Program-made: the position numbers and the translations under genes | NCBI GenBank assembly: GCA_964016885.1 | Contig: OZ024741.1 | Location: 132,618,001 to 132,682,000, forward strand | Reading direction: 5' to 3' | Origin: Eledone cirrhosa | Lineage: Eukaryota | DNA length: 64,000 nucleotides | The notes under the pieces: model-generated | The model's database searches: none | The model's input: only the letters and a program-made list of their open reading frames with translations | What the model was told of the DNA's origin: nothing | In this document: positions 40,437-51,954 of the stretch, one piece after another | How the letters are laid out: every line of letters starts with the position of its first letter | Position numbering within the stretch: position 1 is the first letter of the stretch

Positions 40437-43400
40437 TATCATCATCATCATCATCACCGTTTTACGTCCGTTCTTCCACGCTAGCATGGGTTAGACGGGT
40501 TGTCCTGTTGTGGGCAGTGTCTGGTCGGCTGACCATGCCTTGCTCATACAGGAACTGATCTGGCTTGATTTCTACAGCTGGATGCCCTTCCTAACACCAA
40601 CCTCATTTACAGTGAGTGCTGGGTGCTTTTTCGTGGCGCCTACACGTCCACTTTACAGTGTGAGCTGGGTGCTTTTTTGCCGTGGCACCTCCACGACCAC
40701 CTTGCGGTGGGGGGGGGGGGCATATTGTTTATATGCTTCAGCATGTACCCATGGGAGGTCGGGTACCCTGTATTACTGCGTGACGCCAGAAGTCACGGTC
40801 GTGTGTCATTGACTTTGAGAGGTGTAGTTGGGTAAGGTCGGCTTTTATGCAGCTGTCATCCTTCATACGCATCACATGTACATACCAGCGTAACCGCCTC
40901 TCCTGCACGCAGCATTTGATTCCTCTTATGCTCAGTCTCTCTCTCAATTCCTTTATGCTTTGTCGTTCACGTATATTACTGTTGCACATCCATCGGAGCA
41001 TGCAGGCTTCGTTTCTCTCTAATCTACGTAAGTCTTCCACCTTCAGCGCCCAGGTCTCACTACCATGCAACATCGCTGTTCGGATACACGCATCATACAG
41101 TCTGCCTTTCATTCTGAGGGAGAAGCCTTTTGCAGCTAGCAGTGGTAGTAGTTCCCTAAACATCTTCCATCCCGTTCTTACCCTAGTTATTGTACTTTCT
41201 GAGCACCCACCTCCGTTGCTAATTCGGTCACCTAGGTAGCAGAAGCTGTCTACTGTTTCTACAGGGCCCTCCCAGAGATTGGTGGTACTTGTTTCCTGTG
41301 GCTGTTTGCTTGCTGTTTCAGCACAGCTGCTGCATGTGAATCCTACATTCTTAATTAAGCTTCCTGAGATCCCGCTACATCTCTTGTGTACCCATTGTTT
41401 GCATTTGGGGCAGAGAATGGAGTTCCTACCTACACATTTCCTACATACTGAGCAAGGCCATTTCCCTGGGGGGATCTGGGTTCTGTTTTCTCGTCTACTT
41501 ATAAGGACCTTAGTCTTTGTCATGTTGACTTTGAGGCCCTTTCTCTCTAGTCCCTGCTTCCAGGTTTGGAATTTATTCTCTAGTTCTACCATAGATTCAG
41601 CTATGAGTGCGAGGTCATCAGCATACAGGAGTTCCCATGGGCATCCGGTCTTAAACTCCTCCGTTATTGCCTGCAGGACTATGATGAACAGGAGAGGGCT
41701 AAGAACAGAGCCCTGGTGGACCCCAACCTGTACGCTAAATTCCTCGCTATACTCATTGCCAATCCTAACTTTGCTGACTGCTCCCCTATACATGGCTTGT
41801 ACCGCTTTCACAAGCCATTCATCTACTCCTAGTTTTCTAAGAGCCCACCAGATTACTGCACGTGGAACTCTGTCAAAGGCTTTCTCAAGGTCGACAAATG
41901 CCAAGTAGAGTGGCTTACTTTTAGCTAGGTACTTTTCCTGTAATTGCCTCACAAGGAAGAGGGCATCAGTGGTGCCTTTCCCTGGTACAAACCCAAATTG
42001 CATCTCGTCTATATTCACCCGGTCCCTAATCAGCTGTGCTATAACTCTTTCTGTTACTTTCATGACCTGGTCCATCAACTTTATACCTCTATAGTTTCCT
42101 CTATCTAGTGCATCGCCTTTACCTTTGTAGCAGTTGACAATGATGCTACTGCACCAATCTTTTGGTATGGCCCCCTCTAGTATTACCTGGTTAACGATAC
42201 GTGTGGTTATAGTGTGACCTACAGACCCAGATGCCTTCAGCATCTCGGCAGCTATACCCGATGGACCGGTTGCCTTCCCTATCTTCATATCTCTGATTGC
42301 CTTACTTACTACGCTGCCGCTGACTTGTACTGCTGGTCCCTCTATAGGGTCTACGTGGGGTAGGGTCTCTTCTTCCCATGCATTCTCCTCATTTAGTAAT
42401 CTATCATAATGACTCTTCCATGCATCTTTCTTCTCAGCACTTGTGAGGGCAAGCTCACCTTTATCATTCCGGATACACTTCTCTCCAATGACATCACAAC
42501 TATCTCTGACACACTGCCTCGCAATCTTGAATACCTCCTGTTTCTGGTCCTCACGTTGTAAAACATGCTTGAATTTTCTATCCTCTGCTTCCCTCCTAGC
42601 TAAGTATACTTGTCGCCTAGCTTCCCTCTTGGTCTCTATGTAATGTACCCTGCTCCCCCCGTTCTTCCATTCTTTCCATGCCTGTCTCTTGGCCTTGACT
42701 GCTTCATCTACCTTATTGTTCCACCACCAAGTCACTCTCCTCCTGCTTGAGGTCTTACTCCAGCCACAAACCTCATCCGTCGCCTCTAGTAAGTTATTTT
42801 TTAGGAACTCACAGTTCTCTTCTACGTTAAATGTCTCTATCTGTTCTTCTTTACTGTCGTAGGCATTGAGTAAAATATCTTTAAATCTGTTACTGGTTGA
42901 GGGGACTTTCAGCTTCCAGATCTTTCTTCTCCAGGTTGGCCTCTGTTTCAGGGCTCGTCTAGTTCTGACCGTGAGGTCGCTGACAACTAAGCTATGTTGG
43001 GATGTACATTCCTCACTAGGGAAGGCTTTTGTGTTTACGACCGTCCATCTGTCACATCCTCTGATGAGGATAAAATCTAACTGACTAGAGTGCTCCCCTG
43101 ATCTATAGGTGATCAGGTGGTTGTCGGGTTTTTTAAAGTTTGTGTTACATATCGACATGTCATTGGCGTCGCAGAATTCTAGAAGTCTGAATCCTTCCTC
43201 ATTCCTTGTGCCAACTCCATGTACTCTATTGAAGCCGTCGCAGTGTTTACCTACGTGTCCGTTAAAATCTCCTGCAATGATTAGGAAGTCCTTGTCGTCT
43301 GTTAGAGCAGTAGTGTGTATTAGGGACTCGTAAAACCTATCCTTAAGTTCGTCTGGCAGCCCCGATTGGGGTGCGTAAGCTGATATTATTGTGGTAATTG

Positions 43401-44640
43401 TCTTATTCAGGACTAGTCTGAGTTTAATGATTCTTGCATTTACCCTGTACACTGAGATTACTTTATCTACCCACTTGTCAGCTAATAGTATACCTACACC
43501 ACCCATCCCATCGTCATTTCCCACCCAGAAAAATTTGTAGCACTGGCTTTTTCCTACAAGGACTCTAGCAGACCCTCCTCTCCATCTAGTCTCTTGCACA
43601 CAGCATACATCAACTTCCTTTCGCTCTAGCATTTCTACGATTTCTCCTGCTCTTCCTTTCATTGAGCCTACATTGATGGTACCAACTCGGAGTTTTGGGC
43701 ATTTGTCGACACTCGTAGGGGAGGGTCTCTGGGTTGGCGCTTCACGTGGGTGCTTGGTAGCTCGCAGATTCATATTTCATCTATTGATTCAGAGTTGCTC
43801 GTGTATTCCCAGCTCATCCATCCATAACGGTGGGAAAATTGAAGGCTAGAAGAATAGTGGTGGTGGGGTAATGGCAGGGTGTGTTGGGATGCGCCAGAGG
43901 AGGAGAGAGTTAGTTAGGCAGGTAGTAGCAGCAGCAGTGGAAATGGCATGCTAGGTTTGGTTGGTCGAATAGACTATGGTGGTGTGTGGGGGTGGGGTGG
44001 GGGGGAAATTGTGAGGTAGGAACTGTGGGTCGCATGGTAAATATCCAAGTTAATACTACATCAGTAAAATTAACAATAATAACGTCATGAAAAAACTACT
44101 AAGAGAAACCCTCGAAAATTTATCGCTAATACAGCAGGGAAAATTTAACGCTAATACAGCAGGGAACATCATAATATTAACGACAATATGTAGGCTAAAA
44201 TACCTTCGTAGATTAGATGGATGGCTGGAAAAATTGGAATCAGCTCTAGTGATACATTTTAGCAGAGAAGAATGGGAAAGTGTCTTATCTCTTCAATATT
44301 TTCAGATTGAATGAATTAGGTTAAAGACAGGGTAGTAAGCCTTAAAGAAGTGCATAGAGAGAGGGGGGGGTAGGAACTGAGGGTCGCATGGTAAATAACT
44401 GAGAGAGATACAATAGGATTAGAATACCGCATGGTAAATATCCAAGTTAATAAGTTAATACTACATCAGTAAAATTAACAATAATAACGTCATGAAAAAA
44501 CTACTAAGAGAAACCCTCGAAAATTTATCGCTAATACAGCAGGGAAAATTTAACGCTAATACAGCAGGGAACATCATAATATTAACGACAATATGTAGGC
44601 TAAAATACCTTCGTAGATTAGATGGATGGCTGGAAAAAAA
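40437..44640 (-). mobile_element. Near full-length RTE LINE including UTRs
   Basis: (GAT)n tail at 40437-40457; 5' region has a ~205-bp direct duplication (44030-44233 / 44428-44636). Confidence 0.8.
40738..43773 (-). CDS. RTE LINE ORF (APE endonuclease + reverse transcriptase + PHD-like finger), 1011 aa
   Basis: APE motifs GTINVGSM, VQETRW, AYAPQ, GDFNGHVG, LDFIL, SQH. RT motifs NYRGIKL, DLEKAFDRV, GVHQGSVLSP, YADDL, FCYLG. Open throughout, with a C-terminal deletion relative to the 28.7-kb copy. Confidence 0.92.
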   Translation of the reverse strand: MNLRATKHPREAPTQRPSPTSVDKCPKLRVGTINVGSMKGRAGEIVEMLERKEVDVCCVQETRWRGGSARVLVGKSQCYKFFWVGNDDGMGGVGILLADKWVDKVISVYRVNARIIKLRLVLNKTITTIISAYAPQSGLPDELKDRFYESLIHTTALTDDKDFLIIAGDFNGHVGKHCDGFNRVHGVGTRNEEGFRLLEFCDANDMSICNTNFKKPDNHLITYRSGEHSSQLDFILIRGCDRWTVVNTKAFPSEECTSQHSLVVSDLTVRTRRALKQRPTWRRKIWKLKVPSTSNRFKDILLNAYDSKEEQIETFNVEENCEFLKNNLLEATDEVCGWSKTSSRRRVTWWWNNKVDEAVKAKRQAWKEWKNGGSRVHYIETKREARRQVYLARREAEDRKFKHVLQREDQKQEVFKIARQCVRDSCDVIGEKCIRNDKGELALTSAEKKDAWKSHYDRLLNEENAWEEETLPHVDPIEGPAVQVSGSVVSKAIRDMKIGKATGPSGIAAEMLKASGSVGHTITTRIVNQVILEGAIPKDWCSSIIVNCYKGKGDALDRGNYRGIKLMDQVMKVTERVIAQLIRDRVNIDEMQFGFVPGKGTTDALFLVRQLQEKYLAKSKPLYLAFVDLEKAFDRVPRAVIWWALRKLGVDEWLVKAVQAMYRGAVSKVRIGNEYSEEFSVQVGVHQGSVLSPLLFIIVLQAITEEFKTGCPWELLYADDLALIAESMVELENKFQTWKQGLERKGLKVNMTKTKVLISRRENRTQIPPGKWPCSVCRKCVGRNSILCPKCKQWVHKRCSGISGSLIKNVGFTCSSCAETASKQPQETSTTNLWEGPVETVDSFCYLGDRISNGGGCSESTITRVRTGWKMFRELLPLLAAKGFSLRMKGRLYDACIRTAMLHGSETWALKVEDLRRLERNEACMLRWMCNSNIRERQSIKELRERLSIRGIKCCVQERRLRWYVHVMRMKDDSCIKADLTQLHLSKSMTHDRDFWRHAVIQGTRPPMGTC

Positions 44641-45129
44641 AAAAAATATATATATATATATATATAGTAATAATAATACATATGAAGACTAAAATCCAAA
44701 GAGGGCTCGATAAGGATAAATATATATCAAATATATAAGAACCGTAGAGCAAATATTTATTAAAATAACAGATTAAAGTTTAAGCAAAGAATCGGCTGCT
44801 TTCACCCTTAATGGGATCTTCCGAAACTAAAAAAAAATCAATCTGAACGCAGAAGTAAATATTTCTAAGCCGACCTTTCCCAATTGCACCTCTCAAGAGA
44901 ATGACACATGACCATGACCTCTGGCGTCACACAGTAATACAGAAGACTCGACTTTCCACAGGAACATATAGGCAATATTTATTTTCCTTTGTTTTTTTAT
45001 GTCCTATCAACTAATCCGACCTCCAAAATGATTGCAATTGACTATTTTTTTAGCATATTAAATTTTTCCTTCATTTTTGCATGTGCTATCAACTTCCAAG
45101 AAGCTCGCAGTGGACTATGCTTTTAGCTT

Positions 45130-46930
45130 ATTAACAAAAAATATGACTTCCGCTGCAATAAAAAATGGCTAGCTTTGTAAATGGTATTTCCACCCACATC
45201 CTCCCTCTTTTTTCTACAAAGCTAGTCATTTTCATCAGGTTTCCATGTCATAAACATTGATAATATGTGCATAAAATAGTAATTTGCAAGCACCATTTAT
45301 GTCAAATTGGGTGGTAAGCACAAAAAAAAAAAGAAAAAATGCCAAATGAAAATTTGTCACACCAAAATCAATAGCTTGGTGTGATGTAGTATGGTGAAGT
45401 TTCTACAAAGATAGTCATTTTCGACAGGTTTCCATGTCATAATTATTGATATGTGAAAAAAAAAAGTAAATTGGGAGCACCTTTAATGTCAGATTGGGTG
45501 GTAAGCACACAGAAAAAAAGAAAAGGAAATGGGAAAAAAAATTTTCACACCAAGATCAATAGCTTGGTGTGATGTAGTATGGTGTAACTTGGTATGGTGT
45601 GGTTTGGTTTGGTGAAGTTATGAAATGGAAACCAATTGTAAACGATAGATTCCCATGTCATATTCATTGATAATGTGTGGGAAAATAGTCATTTGCAAGC
45701 ACCTTTGATGTTAGTTTGAGGTGGTAACCTAGCTTTGTAAATGGTATTTCCACCCACATCCTCCCTCTTTTTTCTACAAATCTAGTCATTTTCGACAGTT
45801 TTCCATGTCATAATTATTGATATGTGCGAAAAATAGTCAATTGCAGCACCTTTGATGTCAGATTGGGTGGTAAGAACACACAAAAAAAAAAAAAGAAACA
45901 GGAAGAAAATTTTTCACACTGAGATCAAAAGCATGGTGTGATGTAGAATGGTGTAGTTTGTTATGGTGTGGTTTGGATTGTTGTAGTTATGACATGGGAA
46001 CCTATTGCAAATGATAGGTTTCCATGTTATATACATTGATAATATGTAAAAAAATAGTCATTTGTGAGCACCTTTGATATCAGATTGGGTGGTAAGCACA
46101 CACACACAGAAAAGAAAAAAAAACAGGAAGAAAAATGTTCCCACTGAGATTAATAGCATGGTGTGATGTAGTATGGTGTAGTTTGGTATGGTGTAGTTTG
46201 ATGTAGTTTAATGTGGTATGGTTTTCCAACCTTCAACATGCTCACAGCCAACTATGCTTTTACCATCATCATTATCATTTTACGTCCACTTTTCCCTGCT
46301 TGCAAGGGTGGGACAGGAACTGATTCTGGCTTGATTTCTACAGCTGGATGCCCTTCCTAACACCAACCTGATTTACAGTGAGTGCTGGGTGGTTTTTGCC
46401 GTGGCACCTACACGACCACTTTGCAGTGGAATGATAGGGACCCTTACAGCTGAGTAAACTGGAGCAATGTGAAATAAAGTCTTGCTCAAGGAAACAACAC
46501 ACCACCTGGTCTGAGAATTGAACTCACAACCTTTCGATTGCAAGGCCACTGCTCTAACCACTAAGCCATGTGCCTCCATTACCATATTAACAACAAATAT
46601 GACTTTCACTGCAATAAAAAATGACAAGCTTTGTGAATGGTATTTCCACCCACTTTCCGCCCTCTTTTTTCTACAAAGCTAGTCATTTTCAACAGGTTTC
46701 AAAGTCTTCATTGATAATATGTGCAAAAAATAGTTAATTGCGAACACTTTTAATCTCAGATTGGGTGGTAAGCACACACAAAAAAAGACAAAGAAAGCAG
46801 GAAGAAAATTTTTCACACTGAGTTCAATAGCATGGTGTGATGTAATATGGTGTAGTTTGTTATGGTGTGGTTTGGTTTGGTTTAGTTTGGTATGGTTTAG
46901 TTTGGTGTAGTTATAACATGGAAACCTATC
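45130..46930. repeat. Degenerate tandem array (~190-300-bp units)
   Basis: Recurring CAGATTGGGTGGTAAGCACA, ATAGCTTGGTGTGATGTAG and CTACAAAGCTAGTCATTTTC, about 5 times; SINE B inserted at 46262-46577. Confidence 0.8.
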
Positions 46931-47109
46931 ATAAATTTACCAAGGTATGGTATAATCTGGTTTGGTGTAGTGTAGGTTAGTGTGGTGTGGTGTGTTATTG
47001 TGTTGCATCGTATAGCGTGATTCTCTTTAAATTAAAATCATTAAAATGTAATGCCTATCTTCTATATCTTAAAGAGTGACCTTAAATGTGATTGACTTTT
47101 TTCTCTGGA

Positions 47110-50100
47110 TTAATGTTAGATTTAGGGTTAGTGTTAGGGTAAGTTTTACTGTTAATGGTAAGTTTATTGTTAGTGACTGTTACTGTTAGCATTACTGTCA
47201 CTGTTAGTGTTACTGTAACTCTTACTCTTACAGTTACTGTTTGCGTTACTGTCTGCATCAGCGTTAGCATTTGCATAAGCGTCTATGTAAGCTTTTGTGT
47301 TAGTGTCTATGTAGTTTGGATTAGCCTTAGTGTTTGCGTAAGTGTCAGCATTTGCGTCAGCGTCTGCATTGGTGATAGTGATTGTGTCAGCATTTCCCTT
47401 AGCGTGTGAGTCAACATTAGTGTTAGCATTAGTGTTTATTTCAGTGCCTACGTCTACGTCAGCTTCTGAGTCAGCATTATCATTAGCGTCCGCATCAGCA
47501 CTTGTGTCAGTGTCAGCATTTCCCTCAGTGTCAGCGTTTGCATCAGCGTGCACGTCAGCATTTGCATTAGTGTTTGAGTCAGTGTTAGCGTCAGTGTTTG
47601 CATTTGTGTAGGGGTTAGCATTTGCATCATCATCATCTACGTCATCGTTTATGTTAGCTTCTACGTCAGCATCTACATTAGCTTCTACGTCAGCGCTTAC
47701 ATTAGTGTCTGTGTCAGCGTTTGTGTTAGCTTCTACGTCAGCATCTGTGTCAATGTCTCTATTTACATCTACATCAGCATCAGCGTTTACATTTGCGTCT
47801 GCGTCAGCGTTTACGCTAGCTTCTACGTCAGCGCTTACATTAGTGTCTGTGTCAGCGTTTGTGTTAGCTTCTACGTCAGCGTCTGTGTCAACGTCTCTAT
47901 TTACATCTACATCAGCGTCAGCGTTTACATTTGCATCTGTGTCAGCGTTTACGCTAGCTTCTACGTCATCGCTTACATTAGCGTCTGCGTCATCGTTTAC
48001 GTTAGCGTCTGTGTCAACGTGTGTTAGCATTTGTGTCAGCGTTTATGTTAGCGTCTGCGTCAGTGTTTATATTAGCATCTGCGTCAGTCTTTACGTTAGC
48101 ATCTGTGTTAACATGTGTTAGCGTCTGTGTCAGCATTTTCATTAGTGTTTACATCAGTGTTTCCTTTAGCTTCTACATCAATGTTTACGTCTGCGTTAAA
48201 GTTCACATTAGCATCGCTGTGATCGTTTGCGTCAGCATTTGCGTTTGCTTTAACATCTGCATCAACATTTGTGTCTGTGTTTGCATTAGTGTCTGCATTT
48301 GCTTTAGTGTTTGCATCAGCGTGAGCATTTGTGTCAGTGTTAGCATTTACATCAGCGTGTGCGTCAGAGTCTTTGTCAGCATTCGCCTTTGCACCTGCTT
48401 CAGTATTCACGTTAGTGTTTGTGTCAACATTTGCACTAGCGTTTGTGCCAGCAGAGCCATCTTCGTCAGTGTCAGCGTTGGTGTTAGTGTTTCCATTAGT
48501 GTTCGTGTTCGTGTTAGTGTTTGATTTTGTATTAGTGTTAGCATTTTTGTTAGTGTTAGTGTTCAGGTTAGTGTTAGTGTTCAGGTTAATGTTGACTTAG
48601 TTTTCTGGTTAGTGTTAGTTTTCAGATTAGGGCTCGTGTTACTTTTAGTGTTAGTGCTCAGGTTAGTGGTTTATGGTAGTGTTAGTGTTCAGGTTAATGT
48701 TCGTGTTAATGTCAGTTTTAGTGTTAGTGTTCGCGTTAGTGTTTACGGTAGTGTTAGTGTTATTTTTTCCATTGGTGTTAGTGTTTTATTTTGTGTTAAT
48801 GTTTGTGTTAGTGTTTCCGTTAGTGTTAGTGCTAGTCTTTGTTTTTCTGTTAATGTTAGTGTTTGTTTTAGTGTTGAGGTTAATGTTAGCTTAGTTTTCT
48901 GGTTAGTATCAGTTTTCGTGTTAGTTTTAGTGTTAGTGTTCAGGTTAATGTTAGTGTTTTTTTAGTGTTAGTTTTTATGGTAGTGTTAGTGTTACTGTTA
49001 GTGCTCAGATCAGTGTTAGTGTTTGTGTTACTGTTTATGGTAGTGTTAGTTTTAGTGCTTGTGTTTAGGTTAATGTTATTTTTAGTGTAAGTGTTCAGGT
49101 TAGTGTTAGTGTTCAAGTTATGTTAGTGTTAAGGTTAGTGTTAGAGATTGTGTTAGTGTTTGTTTTTGTGTTAATATTTGTGTTAGTATCTCTGTTAGCA
49201 TTAGTGATTGATGTTTTCATTAGTGTTAGTGATTGTGTTAGTGTTAGTCTTTGTTTTTGTGTTAATGTTAGCATTAGTATTTCTGTTAGTGTTAGCATGA
49301 GTGTTTGTGTTAGTGTTCAGGTTAATGTTAGCTTAGTTTTCAGGTTAGTGTTAGTGTTCAAGTTAATGTTAGTTTTAGTGTTTGTTTTTGTGTTAGTATC
49401 TCTGTTAGTGTTAGTTTTAGTGTAAATGTTCAGGTTAGTGTTAGTGTTCAAGTTAATGTTAGTGTTAGTTTTAGTGTTAAGGTTAGTGTTAGAGATTGTG
49501 TTAGTGTTAGTATCTCTGTTAGCATTAGTGTTTGATGTTTCCATTCGTGATTGTGTTAGCGTTAGTCTTTGTTTTTGTGTTAAGGTTAGCGTTATGTTAG
49601 CATTAGTATTTCTGTTAGTGTTAGCATTAGTGTTTATGTTAGTGTTCAGGTTAATGTTAGCTTAGTTTTCAGGTTAGAGTTAGTGTTCAAGTTAATGTTA
49701 GTTTTAGTGTTAGTGTTCAGGTTAGTGTTAGAGATTGCGTTAGTGTTTGTTTTTGTGTTAATATTTGTGTTAGTATCTCTGTTGGCGTGAGTGTTTGTTT
49801 TAGTGTTGAAGTTAATATTAGCTTAGTTTTCTGGTTAGTATCAGTTTGCAGATTAATGTTTGTGTTAGTGTTACTTTTAGTGTTAGTGCTCAGGTCAGTG
49901 TTAGTGTTTATGGTAGTGTTAGTTTTAGTGCTAGTGTTCAGGCTAATGTTTGTGCTAATGTTAGTTTTAGTGTAAGTGTTCAGGTTAGTGTTCATGTTTG
50001 TATTAGTGTTTACGGTAGTGTTAGTTTTAGTGCTGGTGTTCAGGTTAGTGTAAGTGTCAGTTTTAGTGTTAGTGTTCAGGTTAGTGTTTGTGTTAGTTTT

Positions 50101-50260
50101 CTATTTAATGTTAGTTTTCAGATTTTGTGTTTGTGTTAGTTTTATGTTAGCGCTAAGTTCACTGTTAGGGCATGTGTGAGTGCAAGTGTTAGAGCATGTG
50201 TGAGTGCAAGTGTTAGGGTAAGTTATTTTTAAAGTTCGGTTTTAGCTTAAAGTTAGGTTT
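47110..50260. repeat. ~3.1-kb degenerate hexamer array (TGTTAG / GTCAGC variants)
   Basis: 6-bp periodicity; TTAGGG-like edges; produces low-complexity V/S/L and D/A/N/T ORFs. Confidence 0.9.
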
Positions 50261-50589
50261 TCTACTTTCCAGGAAAAAAGTTGATCCTCTCTAACTTGAG
50301 TGGTGTGATATAGTGTGGTAAAGTATAGTGTTTCATAGTCTTGTGTGGTGTTGTCTATTGTTGTATAGTGTAGTATGGTATATTGTTTCATAGCATGGTC
50401 TGATGTGAGGTCGTACAGTGTTTCGTAGTGTGGTGTTGGATAATGTGGTATGGTATAATGTTTGTCAGTGTGGTGTGGCATGGTATGGTATAGGTTGATG
50501 TAGTGTGGCTTAGTTTGATTATAATAATACAAATAATAATAACAATAATAATAGTAATAATAATTGTTCTTCTTGTTCATTTTCTTTGT

Positions 50590-50697
50590 CTTCTTCTGTG
50601 CCTTTGACTGCTTCTGTGCCTTTGACTTCTTCTGTGCCTTTGACTTCTTCTGTGCCTTTGACTTCTTCTGTGCCTTTGACTTCTTCTGTGCCTTTAT
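50590..50697. repeat. 18-bp minisatellite (CTTCTTCTGTGCCTTTGA)x~6
   Basis: Direct reading. Confidence 0.9.
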
Positions 50698-51204
50698 CTT
50701 CTCCTCTGCCATCTAAATACCAAAAACAAATAATGTAAAACATATATGTTGCCTATCTCTCAGACTTTACAAAGTGCTGAGGAGATAAAGTTAATTTAAA
50801 GAGCAGTGTGCTCATGCACTGTGATCCTATAATGTAGCTTATAAGCTATTTCATAACTAAAAACCAATGTCAAACATCAAAAGTATATACAAATATCTTT
50901 GAATGTTTAAGTTAAACCTAAATAGATCGTATCTACAGGTCATTAGGTTAAGACTGAACTAAGATCATATCTATAAATCATTAGGTTTAGACTGAACTGA
51001 GATCATACTTTCTTCTTCTTTTCGTCATCTTCGTTTCCCGTGTTTTCTTTGTCTTTGTTGTCATTTTCATTTTAGTCGTCTGCTTCGTCATCTTTTTCTT
51101 CTTTTCCGTCTAAATATAAAAAAAAATTGTAAACAAATATATAGCTGATCTCTCAGACTTTCACGAAACACCGAGGAGATACAGTTAATATAACGAGTGG
51201 GGAG

Positions 51205-51247
<43 letters not shown>

Positions 51248-51954
51248 TATAGCATGGTGTTATGTGGTCAGGTGTGGTACAACATGGTGTGATGTGGTGT
51301 GGTATGATATGGTGAGGCGGGGAGGGGGGGACAACGTTAGATTAATGTTAACAATACACATGTAGCATCCACATGTGATGAGAAGGGGGAAACAGTGTTT
51401 AGCTTATTTTAACATTACATGTAGCATCCATCTACAGGTGATTAAGTTAAGACTGAGGTGTAATCATATGAAAAGGTCAATTTAAAACTACACTGAGATT
51501 CTGCTTAAAATGATGGTCATTGAAGTGTTTACTTACTCAGATCCTTTGAAATAACTTTCTCTTACTGTAACTGGACATACCTACGAAATAGAAAACAGTC
51601 AAATAGACAGTGGTGTGGTGTGGTGTAGTGTAGTGAAGTGTGGTTTAGTGTAGTGGACAGTGGTGTGGTGGAGTGGAGTGTGGTTCAATGTAGGGTGAGG
51701 GATATGGTGTAGTGGAGTGTGGTGGGATGTAGTGTGGTAGCATGTGGTGTGATGGCATGTGATGTGATGTAATGTGACGTGGCGTGATGAAATGTGATGT
51801 GATGAAATGTGGCGTGGCGTGGTGAAATGAGGTGAGGCGAGACGAGATGAGATGAGATGAGTGATGTGATGTGGTGTGGTGTGGTGTGATGTGATGGGGT
51901 GTGGTGTGATGTGATGGGGTGCGGAGGGATTTGATGTGGTGTGATGTGATGTGA

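Noticed and set aside
41279-43333. Plus-strand ORFs of 66-209 aa
   Set aside because: Antisense shadows of the RTE ORF
44087-44692. Duplicated 66-75-aa ORFs (MKKLLRETLEN...)
   Set aside because: Antisense to the duplicated 5' region of the RTE; no recognisable domain
45130-46930. Repeat-spacer-like pattern (possible CRISPR)
   Set aside because: Inter-repeat sequences are homologous to each other and the units are degenerate; no cas genes; eukaryotic satellite
47170-48030. 286-aa D/A/N/T-rich ORF resembling an ice-binding or biomineral protein
   Set aside because: Lies inside a larger hexamer satellite that is open in several frames; no signal peptide or gene context
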